DNA of 64,000 bases from Candidatus Bathyarchaeia archaeon. GTDB lineage: Archaea > Thermoproteota > Bathyarchaeia > Bathyarchaeales > Bathycorpusculaceae. The translations under genes and the position numbers were made by a program. Below are positions 1 to 10,623 of this stretch, piece after piece; the first letter of the stretch is position 1, and each line of letters starts with the position of its first letter. The notes under the pieces were generated by a model, which was not told the DNA's origin, made no database searches, and was given only the letters and a program-made list of their open reading frames with translations. Location of the stretch: contig JAVZLH010000001.1 in NCBI GenBank assembly GCA_038883855.1, forward strand, positions 96,001-160,000. The letters are read 5' to 3'.

Positions 1-338
1 ATGGTCTAATATCACTAAATAGACCTTTCTGCTCCGAAGCTGCGGCGGGCAAAAACCCAGTAAGCCACGTTGGGAAGATCTACAATGTTTTAACTTACAA
101 GATAGCTCAGCACGTTTATGATGAAGTGCCTGAAGTCGAGGAGGTTTACATTTGGCTTCTAAGCAAAATCGGTAGTCCTATAGATCAGCCGGCTGTGGCT
201 GCAGCCCAAGTTGTGATGCGGGGCGGCAACTCTCTAGAAAAGGTTAGGCGCAAAATAGGCGAGGTTTTGGATTACGAGCTGGAGAACATAGAGAGTTTTT
301 GCATGGAGTTGGCTCAAGGAAAGATCCAAACATACTAA
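1..338 (+). CDS. mat: Archaeal S-adenosylmethionine synthetase, C-terminal part (5' truncated by window edge; frame starts at nt 3)
   Basis: Frame from nt 3 reads GLISLNRPFCSEAAAGKNPVSHVGKIYNV...LLSKIGSPIDQP, which contains the archaeal MAT signature AAAGKNPxxHVGKIYN. Confidence 0.92.
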   Translation, partial: GLISLNRPFCSEAAAGKNPVSHVGKIYNVLTYKIAQHVYDEVPEVEEVYIWLLSKIGSPIDQPAVAAAQVVMRGGNSLEKVRRKIGEVLDYELENIESFCMELAQGKIQTY

Positions 339-386
339 AGACATAAATGAGCAATTGTTATATTCGTAGGGAAAGGCGAAGCTTGA

Positions 387-647
387 ATGTCTGGAACAGA
401 AGAGAAGCTCCCAATATCAGAATTCTATAAGGTTGTTGATTATGTTACCATTTTTAAAAGTGAAAAATGGTGGGAGGCAATAGTGATTTTTGAATCTTTT
501 GGAAGGCGGTCAATAGGCTTGTACCTTTGGCAGAAAAGGAATGGCGCTTGGAAAAGGAAACATAAGTTTAACATCAGGAATCTTGAGGAGTGGAATAAAC
601 TTAAGAACGCGATAGAACAGCTCGCTCCTAAACTGCTGTCAAAGTAG
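387..647 (+). CDS. Small basic hypothetical protein, possible PC4-like fold
   Basis: 86-aa ORF; Trp/Lys-rich beta strands followed by helix EEWNKLKNAIEQL. Confidence 0.7.
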   Translation: MSGTEEKLPISEFYKVVDYVTIFKSEKWWEAIVIFESFGRRSIGLYLWQKRNGAWKRKHKFNIRNLEEWNKLKNAIEQLAPKLLSK

Positions 648-743
648 TTTTTCATATTCTAAATTCTTATTCAAAAAACGAATCTGAAATTGGATAGTCT
701 TATTAATTCACGCTAACAACAAAAACGCAAGAAGGCGAAGAGC

Positions 744-1129
744 ATGGCAACCGAGCAAGAGAATCAAGAAGAGATTCACCTTAAAGAAGGCGAAGAAAAT
801 ATCCAATACATGGAAGGCGAACAAGAAGCCACAGTGGAAATTGAAGAGCAAGAACAAGCAAAAATAATTGATTTGAGGCGAAACAATCAATGGGCTGTCA
901 GAAGCAGCTTTGTTCACGGGCTTTCCGTTGGACTCGGGATTGGGTGCTTAGCCACTTTCGTTATAATTTGGATAGCTGTATTTTTCACTCCGCAGCTGCC
1001 GTCTTCAGTGACATATGAGAGCCTGCTATCCATATTCATATATCCAATGGTCTACTACTAACAGTAGGTTTGGTTGCGTTAACAGCTGGAATAGTTAGAG
1101 AATACTATACTCTAAAAGATAAATTATAG
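744..1129 (+). pseudogene. Membrane protein with acidic N-terminus, frameshifted at ~1055
   Basis: ORF 744-1061 stops at MVYY*. The shifted frame 1055-1129 continues the hydrophobic helix LLTVGLVALTAGIVREYYTLKDKL*. Confidence 0.6.
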
Positions 1130-1191
1130 ACGCCAAGGTCTCTTTCCAAAACAGTTTTAATAATTGCTGCTAAAACTATAATTGTGAAACT

Positions 1192-1821
1192 ATGCCTTAC
1201 TTATTCAGAAAACATCTGGAAAATATTGTGGGCGAAAAAGCTCCCGGGCCACCTCCCACATTCTCTGTTCTCCATATTTTGCGGGCATTTGAGCTCATAG
1301 CGGAAAAACCCACCGGACGCAGAAAACTCGCTGAGAACTTAAATGTAGGAGAGGGAGCTATCCGCACGATAATTAGTAGACTAAAAGATGCTGGCTTAGT
1401 TACAACTTCAAATGCTGGCTGCATCCTTACAGACAAAGGTCTAAGGTTGTTTAAGGAGTACCGGTCTTTTTTTAAGAAAAAGATCGAAATTAGAAAAAAT
1501 GAGTTAACCATCGCCAAACATAGTATTGCGGTTTTAATCAAAAATTGCGGGCATAAAGTAAAATCAGGTGTTGAACAGCGGGACGCAGCGATAATGGCTG
1601 GCGCGAAGGGTGCCACGACCATGCTGTTTAAGAAAGGACGTTTAATAATTCCAACTGTAAGCGACGATGTAGCTAAAGATTTTCCTGAAACAGCAAGTCA
1701 AATATTGACCTCTATGAATCCGGAAGAGGGTGATGTAATTGTTGTATCTAGCGCTGACTCTTTGGAAAAAGCTGAATATGGAGCCTTAGCTGCTGCATGG
1801 ATGCTGCTTGATGACTGTTAG
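1192..1821 (+). CDS. Winged-HTH protein with DUF4443-like C-terminal domain
   Basis: N-terminal HTH GRRKLAENLNVGEGAIRTIISRL; C-terminal GVEQRDAAIMAGAKGA motif. Confidence 0.75.
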   Translation: MPYLFRKHLENIVGEKAPGPPPTFSVLHILRAFELIAEKPTGRRKLAENLNVGEGAIRTIISRLKDAGLVTTSNAGCILTDKGLRLFKEYRSFFKKKIEIRKNELTIAKHSIAVLIKNCGHKVKSGVEQRDAAIMAGAKGATTMLFKKGRLIIPTVSDDVAKDFPETASQILTSMNPEEGDVIVVSSADSLEKAEYGALAAAWMLLDDC

Positions 1822-1872
1822 AGGAAGCAGATTGATAAAAATGTGTCTTAGACAAGAAGCGAAAAGATGATG

Positions 1873-2634
1873 TTAATACGTGTATTTTTCTCCGCCGGAT
1901 AAAATGCGTTCTAAGGCCATGTTAAAGTTAATCATTCCCTCATTCGTTTTTGCTGAAATTGGAATCAGCAGAAACCTTAAACCTAAGTGGTGAATTGCTC
2001 GCATCATGTTTCTACTTAGCAAACGTTTTGTTCCTTCGAGTTTTTGTTCTATTGCAAACTCTAAGGCTTTGGGGTTAGATGACCACTCTACTATTTTGTC
2101 TACCTCTTCCTTTGGAAGTAAATCGCATTTCGATAGCAAGTGCACTTGAGGTAGGAAAAAACGGTTATAGACAGCAGCGGACAAGAAAAGGTTTGAAACG
2201 TAATTTAACGGGTTAGCTGAAAAAACCGCGTCAAACAAGTAGACTATGACTTTTGGCTCTCTCGTTAATTCATTGGCAATGTATGGCCCAGCAGCCCTAA
2301 AAGCAAACAACTCCATCTGTCCGGGCGTATCTACCAAAACAATATCCGACCTCAAATCTTCAATTTCGTCAGAAATTTTTTCAATTTCGTCTGCAACTAA
2401 GTCGGCAGCCATTATTAAGGCGCCGTTTGGGCCTAAACCATACTTTTCCATCAAATCTGCAATGTTGATGTAATCGCGGACATCTACATCTGGTGAATAC
2501 GGAAGTGTTAAGGCTCCTGGGTCGAGGTTGACAATTGCAACATCTTGCTTATTCATTTTGAGCCATTCTCCAAATGTTGCAGTTAGCAGAGACTTTCCAG
2601 AGCCTGCTGTTCCTATTATAAAGACTATAAACAT
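1873..2634 (-). CDS. GPN-loop GTPase
   Basis: GTAGSGKS P-loop, NLDPG, GLGPNGA (GPN loop), DTPGQME, SKCD. Confidence 0.93.
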   Translation of the reverse strand: MFIVFIIGTAGSGKSLLTATFGEWLKMNKQDVAIVNLDPGALTLPYSPDVDVRDYINIADLMEKYGLGPNGALIMAADLVADEIEKISDEIEDLRSDIVLVDTPGQMELFAFRAAGPYIANELTREPKVIVYLFDAVFSANPLNYVSNLFLSAAVYNRFFLPQVHLLSKCDLLPKEEVDKIVEWSSNPKALEFAIEQKLEGTKRLLSRNMMRAIHHLGLRFLLIPISAKTNEGMINFNMALERILSGGEKYTY

Positions 2635-2704
2635 TTGTGATCCCTTTCGATAGAGATGGTTTGTTAAGTATCAATATTTCGCTTAATTAAAGTCTTTATA
2701 GTTA

Positions 2705-3845
2705 TTATGGGATTTCAGGAATCTGCGGTTGCGGTTTAGAGATATCTTGTTTCGTTTGTCTCGTTGTTAAGTAGACGGCTAAACCAATGCAGGCTAAACA
2801 ACACATGCTATTAATAACAAGATGAAGAATGAAGACACTATTGCTACGGTCTGAACTGGGCTGTCTGCCCCTATGTAATCTTCATTTCCAGACCAGCTGG
2901 CCCGAACATAGCATATACCTGCTGCATCTGTGATCCAAACATATGTGAACTTTCCGTTGGAATCCGTGACTGCATTTCCCAAAACAATCCATGGCGAATT
3001 ATTGATTCTTACGTAAATTGTGATGTTTTCGCTTTGGAGTGCTGGCAAAAGCTGTCCTAAAACGTTACTGACCAACCTTGAAAAACTAAAGTTGATGAAA
3101 CCGACAGCGAAATTGTTGAAGTTTCAATGTTTTCGTAGGTTGCGGAGACTTGTCCTGGAGCTTGTTGTTCACAGTTTTCTAGGGTGATTACTTGCACAGG
3201 GACATTTTTTAGGCCGTCGGGTATTTCGCCGACTCTCCAGCCATTTTGAAGGTCTCCACCTGTGCACTCAGCTACATAATACCTAACATGGTTATAAGTT
3301 ACATAGTAGGCTGGTTCACGGGAGTCTTGGGGTGCATGGGAGAGGCTGACACCGACGTTCATGTGAGATGCATTCTCGTAGTATAGTAAGACAGTGTCGA
3401 GACCGCCAGCTTTCATGATTGAGGCAGCAATGTAGGAGAAAAGGTCGCAGTCTCCCTGGTTTTCGACAATGGTCTCCACGGGATATTTAACTGGCAAGGT
3501 TTCCACGTAGGGTATTTGGTGCACAATCATTAACACGCTGTTTGCAAAGTCTTCATTATCGCTGTATTTTTCTCTGAGGCGGTCGGCTATTGGTTTTAAA
3601 GCATCTGGAGTGACAAACTTTGCAAAGTCACTTTCTGAATGTAGTGTATGGCTTTGTCCGCGATAATAGTCATAAAGCGACTGCTGAACAGCGACATTCA
3701 GCCGATAAATAACAGAACCGCCCGGCTCGTTTAGAAGCTGATATGAGATACTGTAGTTTTGCGACTGGCAAAATGGAGCAAAATAGGAAAATGTAAGAGG
3801 AAAAACCGTTATCGCTATGGCTGTTGCTGAAAGTTTATGCCTCAT
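2705..3845 (-). pseudogene. Secreted, membrane-anchored transglutaminase-like Cys protease with Ig-like domain; two frameshifts (~3060, ~2796)
   Basis: Signal peptide, KYPVET..GDCDLFS and HMNVG triad motifs. ORFs 3057-3899 and 2794-3075 plus the tail LACIGLAVYLTTRQ...PEIP* (stop at 2705) join by single-T shifts. Confidence 0.7.
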
Positions 3846-3935
3846 TTTCTTGAAATATGCAAAATTTCTAAAATATGGTTTTTGCGATTTTTTAATCAAT
3901 AGCAGAAATAATCTTGAAACAAGCTTCTACTTGAC

Positions 3936-4730
3936 TTAAATTTTCAAAAAGTTTTTTTGTCTGCAGTTAAACAAACAAGTGTGAGTGTAACCCACTTTCT
4001 TGGCTAATTTTATCGCTTCTCTGAAATTTCTGCCTACATCCTCTGGTTGGTGCGCGTCTGAACCGAAAACTATGGGAACGTTGTAACTGTGTAATATTTT
4101 CAAGAATTGTTCGCTTGGATAAATCTCATTACATGGTTTTCTTAATCCAGCGGTATTGATTTCTGCGCAGATGTTTGATTTTGCCATGGCTTCGGCAACT
4201 TCCACAAGCATTTGGGAAAAATCGTTTTTTGGTTTAAATCCGAATATTTTGATAAGGTCTGGATGCGCCAAAACATCAAAAAGACCACTTTTACACAATT
4301 TTTTAACTATGCCAAAATACTCCTCATAAACTTGAAAAGTGTCCCTTTTTGCGTGCTCGTGAATTTGGGTTGGGTGGTCGATAGCCCACCTTCCAATAAA
4401 GTGTACCGCCCCAATAACATAATCAAAAGGATGTCTTTGAATGAATTCCCTAATTTTTTCTTCATCACCAATAATGAAATCTATTTCAACACCTAATTTG
4501 AGTGACGATTCTGCTTGTTCCTTCAAATGTAGGAATTGCCGAAGGTAGGTTGGCATTGACTTAATAGGCATAGATGGCGCATCTTTTATTTCATGAAATG
4601 AAACATGTTCAGAAAAACCTATTTCGTTTAGTGCCTTTTCCTTTGCTTTCCTTACATATTCTTCCATCGACCCCTTTGCATCTGGGGAGTTTTCCGTGTG
4701 AATATGGTAATCAGCAAGCATTTTCTTCAC
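3936..4730 (-). CDS. PHP-family histidinol-phosphatase (HisJ/HisK-like)
   Basis: DYHIHT, GFSEH, LGVEID, IGAVH, LAHPD, EINTAG and GSDAH motifs. Confidence 0.88.
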   Translation of the reverse strand: MKKMLADYHIHTENSPDAKGSMEEYVRKAKEKALNEIGFSEHVSFHEIKDAPSMPIKSMPTYLRQFLHLKEQAESSLKLGVEIDFIIGDEEKIREFIQRHPFDYVIGAVHFIGRWAIDHPTQIHEHAKRDTFQVYEEYFGIVKKLCKSGLFDVLAHPDLIKIFGFKPKNDFSQMLVEVAEAMAKSNICAEINTAGLRKPCNEIYPSEQFLKILHSYNVPIVFGSDAHQPEDVGRNFREAIKLAKKVGYTHTCLFNCRQKNFLKI

Positions 4731-4735
4731 AGAGC

Positions 4736-5572
4736 TTATTTTTTGGGCACTTTGATTTTCCCGCCACTTTTCTGCACGAGTTCTGTCAATTGAGCTATGG
4801 TTTTTCCGAGACGTTCCCGTGCGATTTTAGAATCTTTAGCTGTTGTTGATATGTGAAGTTCAATGTGGGGTTTTTTCTCTACACCCTTGGGATGCGATTT
4901 TATGTAAACATAGGGATTATCGTGCATCGCCTGGTCGATTAAAGGCGCTAACGTGGACTCAGGTATGCCCTCTGTATAAATGCTTGTTTCAAAAAACATG
5001 TTTCCCTCAGCTTCCTTTTTGAGCAAAGGTGAAATAGACTGTTCAAAAATGGCTTCCATTTCCGAGGGCACACCTGGCAAAGCTATCAAAAATGTCTCGT
5101 CAATGATTATTTGTACGCCTGGGGCTGTTCCCACAGGATTTGGCAGTGGTTCTGCTCCTTCCGGAAGCGTTGCCATTTTAACTCTCGCGGACGTAAGTTC
5201 AGCTTTCTCAATTTTTCCTTCTTTTGCGTACGCCTCATACCTTTCTTTAACCATTGCTAAGGCTTTGTCGTTAACTTCCAGTTTGCGGTTTAATGCTTTG
5301 GCGATGCCTTCCAGTGTTTTGTCATCGAACGTTGGACCAAGCCCGCCAGTTGTTATTATGAACTTTGGTTTTCTTTGTAAAGCCTCTTTTACGGCGTTGG
5401 CGATTTCGTCGACATCATCTCCTACAACTGTTATTCGTTTTACCGTTATCCCGAGAGAAGTGGCGCGTTTAGCCATCCAGTGGGCGTTTGTGTTTAATAT
5501 TTTGCCTATTAGCAGTTCGTAGCCGATGCATATTATCTCCATCTGTTGAGTCATTTCCTCGTTCTCCCGCAC
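4736..5572 (-). CDS. CinA-like molybdopterin-binding-fold protein (probable pyrophosphatase)
   Basis: IGYELLIGKILNTN, TTGGLGPTFDDKT, GTAPG, LPGVPSEM. Confidence 0.85.
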   Translation of the reverse strand: MRENEEMTQQMEIICIGYELLIGKILNTNAHWMAKRATSLGITVKRITVVGDDVDEIANAVKEALQRKPKFIITTGGLGPTFDDKTLEGIAKALNRKLEVNDKALAMVKERYEAYAKEGKIEKAELTSARVKMATLPEGAEPLPNPVGTAPGVQIIIDETFLIALPGVPSEMEAIFEQSISPLLKKEAEGNMFFETSIYTEGIPESTLAPLIDQAMHDNPYVYIKSHPKGVEKKPHIELHISTTAKDSKIARERLGKTIAQLTELVQKSGGKIKVPKK

Positions 5573-5593
5573 GAATCCTAGAATTGAAATAAA

Positions 5594-5623
5594 CTGTCTG
5601 TTTTATAAGCTGTCTGTTTTATA
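5594..5623 (-). repeat. Tandem 14-bp direct repeat containing a TATA-like box upstream of the CinA-like gene
   Basis: CTGTCTGTTTTATA at 5594-5607 and 5610-5623 (TATAAAACAGACAG on the minus strand). Confidence 0.6.
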
Positions 5624-5935
5624 CGTTTACTACCGTTATATTACACTTTTTCTTTCTTGGGGCTATAAACTGTTTTAAAATCTAATTCTTGCAAAGAACT
5701 AAAGTTAAGTTTTTCTGTTTAGCATTGTTAAATGGCGAGTTTAATAAAAGAGGATATTATGGAAAAGACCGTCTTTAAGTAGCCTATATGGTTGTTGAAG
5801 GATAGACATCTTGGGAAGAAGCGTTTAACTACTGCTGGGTTGTAATTTTGTGGGGGAGGATATACTTTGGTTGGTTTAGGGCTCTCGGGCAAGTTTAAGA
5901 AGTTTCAATGCCAACTAATTGCATAAATGGCTGGT

Positions 5936-6139
5936 TTAAGGTGTTTTTACATGCTTAAGTTTTTCGCTTGCTTGCTCTCCGCCTATTCCCCAATTTTCTT
6001 TTGGAACTTCATGGATTAAGACTTCAACTGCTTCGGCTGGTATACCCATATCAGTAAAAACCTTTGTTACACCCTCTATTACTTTCTTCTTAGCCTCGTT
6101 TGAGAATCCTTTCCAAACATACACGTGAACAGTTGGCAT
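5936..6139 (-). CDS. 4-oxalocrotonate tautomerase family protein
   Basis: Pro-1 after Met, 67 aa, C-terminal EVPKENWGIGG. Confidence 0.88.
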   Translation of the reverse strand: MPTVHVYVWKGFSNEAKKKVIEGVTKVFTDMGIPAEAVEVLIHEVPKENWGIGGEQASEKLKHVKTP

Positions 6140-6194
6140 AAACTAAGGTTTTACAATAACATTATTTAAAGTTTTACTGTTCTTTCTTGTGCGG

Positions 6195-6401
6195 TTATTT
6201 TTTCTTGCTGAGCCACCACTTTAAGTATTCCTTTTTTCTCTTCTCCCGTTCTTCCCCCTCATTTTCGAATGAGGGTCTTAGTTTTTCTCTTAGTTCTATG
6301 AGTTCTTGCTGTGTTACGGATAAGCCGCAACTTTTACATATATAGTGTTTTGTAGCTATAACATAATGCATTTCTCCACCGCATTCTGGGCAATATGGCA
6401 T
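6195..6401 (-). CDS. Small zinc-ribbon protein
   Basis: CPECGG...CKSCG plus a charged tail ending YLKWWLSKKK. Confidence 0.75.
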   Translation of the reverse strand: MPYCPECGGEMHYVIATKHYICKSCGLSVTQQELIELREKLRPSFENEGEEREKRKKEYLKWWLSKKK

Positions 6402-6435
6402 TCTTATTCACTTCTGTCTTTAGATGGCGCATGCT

Positions 6436-7326
6436 TTAAGAAATAGCTTTCGATAACCTATCCGCTTCCTTTATGGCTTCAAGAGCAACTTCAATCATTT
6501 CATCATCAGGTTTCTTCGTTGTAAGATACTGAAGAGCTAAACCTGGTGCAACCAAAGCCTTCATGATTTTTGAGTTTCTATATTTGTCGCTAAACCTTAA
6601 AATTTCGTAGGATATTGCGCCAATTACTGGGATTAGAAGGATTCTGTAGGCGACGTTCATGTAGAATCCTAAGTTTGGCATTAACGATAGTAGGATTATT
6701 GTAATTAATAAGACTGTGAATAGAAAGGAGGTTCCGCATCTCGGGTGGAAACGTGAAAATTTTTTAGCTTCCTGAACGGTTAAATCAATCCCTGCTTCGT
6801 AGGCGTTTATGGCCATATGTTCTGCACCATGATATTGGAGAACTCTTCTAAATTCTTCAATTAAAGAAATGGCCGCTAAATATGCTAGAAAAATTCCAAT
6901 TCGGATTATGCTTTCTACTATGTAAAAGGGTGTTCCGCTGAGGTTTAGGGTTCCAGACAAGAAGGTTGTTATAAAAAACGGTAATAGTGTAAACAGAAAT
7001 ATGGCGAGGGCAAAGGCGAAAACTACTGTTAAAACCGCTTCTTTTGTATTTAGCTTTTCTCCTTCCTCTATGTTTGCGTTTGCAGAAAAAAGCAGCCCTT
7101 TAATGCCTAAATATAAATTTTCAAACAATGCTATGATTCCGCGTAGAAATGGTGCTCTTAAAACTTTATGCCTTTCAGAAATTGATTTTATTTCTTCCAC
7201 TTTTTTCAGTATTTGTTTGTTTGGTTGTTTAATGCAGATTACCATGTGTTTTCTGGAGCGAATCATGACGCCTTCTATTACTGCTTGTCCGCCGAACGCC
7301 ACCGAAGGTTCTTTTTGTTCTTTCAA
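6436..7326 (-). CDS. DUF1385 family membrane protein
   Basis: GGQAVIEGVM, QYHGAEH, HPRCGTSF, PGLALQYLTT. Confidence 0.9.
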   Translation of the reverse strand: MKEQKEPSVAFGGQAVIEGVMIRSRKHMVICIKQPNKQILKKVEEIKSISERHKVLRAPFLRGIIALFENLYLGIKGLLFSANANIEEGEKLNTKEAVLTVVFAFALAIFLFTLLPFFITTFLSGTLNLSGTPFYIVESIIRIGIFLAYLAAISLIEEFRRVLQYHGAEHMAINAYEAGIDLTVQEAKKFSRFHPRCGTSFLFTVLLITIILLSLMPNLGFYMNVAYRILLIPVIGAISYEILRFSDKYRNSKIMKALVAPGLALQYLTTKKPDDEMIEVALEAIKEADRLSKAIS

Positions 7327-7379
7327 AGAGTTTTCACACTTTCTTTAAAGATACTCTAATTTTTTGCTGTTCTGCGTGT

Positions 7380-8501
7380 TTAGGTTATGAAGTTTTGTAG
7401 TTTTGCTTCTTTGGCTAAGCTTATGGCTTTTTGCATTTCTTCTCGTGTTAGTCTCCGCCGCAGTTCTGGTATTTCATATGCTCGCCATTCTGGTCTGTAC
7501 TGGAACATGACGTTTACTCTTGTTTCCGTGCCAAGGTTTTCAGCTATCCAGTTTAGGATGGGTCTTGTGCAGCATTCTAAGTGGTTTGGCAAGACGAGCA
7601 CGCGTATTATTAGTTCGCCGTATTTTTTCGCCATTAAGTGGTTTTGGGTGCAGACTTGCCAGTAGTTTGGCGTGTCGGAAATTTTTTCGGCGCATTCACT
7701 GGGGCCGTACTTGAAGTCTAGGAGGTAGACATCAGCGAATCCAGCTAGCAACTGTGCTGTTTCTGGGCTGTAGTAGGTGTTTGAGTTCCAGACTATTGGG
7801 ATGTTTGTGTTTACGTGTTTGAAGGTTTTTAGCCATTGTTGGAGCCATGGTGTTGGTTCTCCGCCGACGAGGTTGGCGTTTCTGCATCCGTTTTGGCGTA
7901 GGGTTTCGACTTCTTTTGCCAGTTCTTTTGGTGTGTAGACTGTTCCGTTTTCTATCCACTGGGAGATTGTCCAGTTTTGGCAGTGGCGGCAGCGCATGGT
8001 GCATCCCATTGTGAAGATTGTTCCTGAAGGCACAAGTTCTGGTTCTTCGCCCATGTGTTCGAAGATGCTTGAAACCACTATGTCTAAGCCGCATCTGCAA
8101 TAGCCCAATTTGCCTTCCAGTCTGTTGACGCTGCATCTGCGGGTGCAGAAGTGGCAGTTACGAAGGATTCTGTTTGCAATTTCGATTTTCAAGTCAAGAT
8201 AAGATTTTTCCGGGTTTTCTTTTGACAACTTTCTTTTTCCAGCGTCAACCTCTCTTTCAACGCTATAAAATTCCCGTGTGAGGTCTGCATGTTTTCTCCA
8301 AAGCTCTTCTGTCGAGTCTTTTTCGCTGAATTCTGCTGGAATTGCCTTGGCTATTTTGAACTTGGCGGGGCGTTTGTCTTTCATAACAGCGAAGTATCTG
8401 TTTAGGCTTTTCTGTGCCATTTTGTCGTTTAACACTGCTATGGCATCTGAACGGAGGAGTCTCCACATAACTCTTCTAATTAGTATGGGTGGAAACGTCA
8501 A
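7380..8501 (-). CDS. Radical SAM protein, PflX-like
   Basis: CHFCTRRC, HMGEEPEL, SGTIF, CTMRCRHCQN (CxxxCxxC), DFKYG, MFQYRP. Confidence 0.88.
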   Translation of the reverse strand: MTFPPILIRRVMWRLLRSDAIAVLNDKMAQKSLNRYFAVMKDKRPAKFKIAKAIPAEFSEKDSTEELWRKHADLTREFYSVEREVDAGKRKLSKENPEKSYLDLKIEIANRILRNCHFCTRRCSVNRLEGKLGYCRCGLDIVVSSIFEHMGEEPELVPSGTIFTMGCTMRCRHCQNWTISQWIENGTVYTPKELAKEVETLRQNGCRNANLVGGEPTPWLQQWLKTFKHVNTNIPIVWNSNTYYSPETAQLLAGFADVYLLDFKYGPSECAEKISDTPNYWQVCTQNHLMAKKYGELIIRVLVLPNHLECCTRPILNWIAENLGTETRVNVMFQYRPEWRAYEIPELRRRLTREEMQKAISLAKEAKLQNFIT

Positions 8502-8658
8502 AATAAAAGTATAGCTTGAAATTTTTCATCGTTTTGGTGTGTTTTCAAACCAATAGCAGACCTCTCCCTCTAGTTTTTAACAGCCAATTTTGTCTTGCTA
8601 TTTTACCCTAAATTGGGCTAGCCCCCCAGAATTTTGCTAGGCTTAGCTGGTTGCACTG

Positions 8659-9708
8659 TTAGAATAGGGCGTAGGGGTAGGAGTATCCGCTTGGGTGCAG
8701 CTTACCCTTAATTGGGATTTCGTGTCCGCAGACTGGGCAGCGCATGTCCTTTGTCAAATTCCACCTTACTATTTCAAAACTATAGCGTTTAATCACCATT
8801 TCATTGCAGTTTGGGCAGTATGTGTTTTCGTAGGGGTGTCCCGGTACGTTTCCAATATACACGTAATTTAGTCCCGCGTTTTTTGCAGTTAAGCAAGCCT
8901 TTTCCAATGTTTCGATCGGAGTGGAAGGTATTGTGGTCAATTTGTAGTCTGGGTGGAACCGTAAAAGGTGGAAGGGCGTGTCCTTTCCCAGCGCGTCTCT
9001 TATCCATGTTGCAAGCTTCTCTATCCTTTCAAGCGAATCCCCTATCTTCGGAATAACCAAGTTTGTGATTTCAATGTGGATATCATTCCTTTTCATTTCC
9101 TTCAAGGCTTCGTAAATTGGCTCAACAGAAGGAACTGAAGAAAAAGTTTTGTAGAACTCGGGTTCTCCGCCGCCTTTAAAATCCACTGTTGCCGCGTCTA
9201 AGTAAGGTGCTATGGTTTTAACTGCTTCTGGCGTCATGTAACCGTTCGTCACAAAAGTGTTGAAGAACCCGACTTGGTGGGCGAGTTTAGCCGTGTCGTA
9301 AGCGTATTCCATGAAAATTGTTGGTTCAGTGTAAGTGTAGCTTATGCCTTGACAACCATTATCTCTCGTTGCCTTCACAACTTCTTCTGGCGGAAAATGC
9401 TTGCCTGCAATCTCCTTCTCTTGGCTTATCATCCAGTTGTCGCAAAAGCGGCAGCGAAAGTTGCAGCCAACTGTGGCGATGGACATGACAAGCGCTCCAG
9501 GGTGAAAATGCAAAAGTGGCTTTTTCGTTATTGGGTCTACACAGGCGGAGATGGCTTTGGCGTAAACAAGTGAAAAAAGCGTGCCCCCCTCATTTTTTCT
9601 CACTAGGCAGAAGCCTGTTCCACCATCGTTTATGACGCATCTTCTTCCACAAAGGTTGCATCTAACTTTTTTGTTTTCCAGCTTTTCGTAAAGCATGGCT
9701 TCAATCAA
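8659..9708 (-). CDS. amrS: AmmeMemoRadiSam-type radical SAM enzyme
   Basis: DPITKKPLLHFHPG, GCNFRCRFCDNW, YTYTEP, YVYIGNV, TYCPNC. Confidence 0.88.
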   Translation of the reverse strand: MIEAMLYEKLENKKVRCNLCGRRCVINDGGTGFCLVRKNEGGTLFSLVYAKAISACVDPITKKPLLHFHPGALVMSIATVGCNFRCRFCDNWMISQEKEIAGKHFPPEEVVKATRDNGCQGISYTYTEPTIFMEYAYDTAKLAHQVGFFNTFVTNGYMTPEAVKTIAPYLDAATVDFKGGGEPEFYKTFSSVPSVEPIYEALKEMKRNDIHIEITNLVIPKIGDSLERIEKLATWIRDALGKDTPFHLLRFHPDYKLTTIPSTPIETLEKACLTAKNAGLNYVYIGNVPGHPYENTYCPNCNEMVIKRYSFEIVRWNLTKDMRCPVCGHEIPIKGKLHPSGYSYPYALF

Positions 9709-9800
9709 TTGTTACTCCTACCCTCTTTGTGTGGAAACTTCCACTATTAAAAGCAATGTTTAGCACTATTTTAACGTTAAACATTAAAGTTTAATTTGCG

Positions 9801-10376
9801 TTACTCTCCCTTAATTTCGAAAACGAATGGAGGCGTAGAAGTTTTCACATCCAACTTCTTTCCGAGAAGCCCCTCTAAAAGTCCTGCCCAAACTTCAGTC
9901 TCACCAATAAACGGTGTTTTTATGAGTATGTATTTGTCTTTTAGGTAGAAGTCGCCGAAACCCTGCACTCTCAAGCGTTTAAAAACATATTGCCAGCATT
10001 CGCGAACTTCGGTTTTGATGTCAAGGGTTGCCTCCATGAAGACCTTTAGGGCTTCACCCATTTTTCTCCCAACCTCACGCCATTTCTCTTTCGGAATATT
10101 TTGGAGCATTATGTCGATCAATTCTATGTTTAGGAAGGCTATGCGGCTTATGCCGCAATAATACTCTCCTGGAAAACGCCAGTCGTAAACCATCATGCTT
10201 CTGTAAACGTCAAGCATTTTAGAAATTAGAGGCTTTATGCCTGGTTCTTTTCCTTCGCGGATTAGGGAGTCGATGAATTCTCTTTCTTCTTTTTCAAGGA
10301 TTATTGTGGTTCTTTTGGCTGTTTCGCTGTTTTTTTTGGTGAGTTCTTCGAGTTTTTTCCCTTTTTCCTTCTGCAT
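9801..10376 (-). CDS. Hypothetical protein (possible RHH-like N-terminus plus V4R-like domain)
   Basis: 191-aa ORF; KRTTIIL strand-helix start; GRKMG..GFG pattern. Confidence 0.55.
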   Translation of the reverse strand: MQKEKGKKLEELTKKNSETAKRTTIILEKEEREFIDSLIREGKEPGIKPLISKMLDVYRSMMVYDWRFPGEYYCGISRIAFLNIELIDIMLQNIPKEKWREVGRKMGEALKVFMEATLDIKTEVRECWQYVFKRLRVQGFGDFYLKDKYILIKTPFIGETEVWAGLLEGLLGKKLDVKTSTPPFVFEIKGE

Positions 10377-10623
10377 AACTAGTATATCCTATAGCATATC
10401 TTATATGCTTTATGAATTTGTATAAAACACAACCGTATCTTCAAAACAGTTGTGTGCCTTCACTCGCTCCAACTTAATATCCTTCTCCCTTCTTTAACCC
10501 AACCGCTATGGCAAAATAATCTTAGTGAAAATCTCTTCTGGCGCAATATAGCTTTTCTTTTCACTTGGCACTTCCTTCAAACGTAAATTCAGTCGCATTC
10601 TTCTTTAAGCCTTCCAGAAACCG

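Noticed and set aside
10440-10620. Possible gene remnant or sRNA in the spacer between the hypothetical gene and tsaA (also 5700-5930 and 17610-17790)
   Set aside because: No convincing reading frame, motif or stem could be identified without a search
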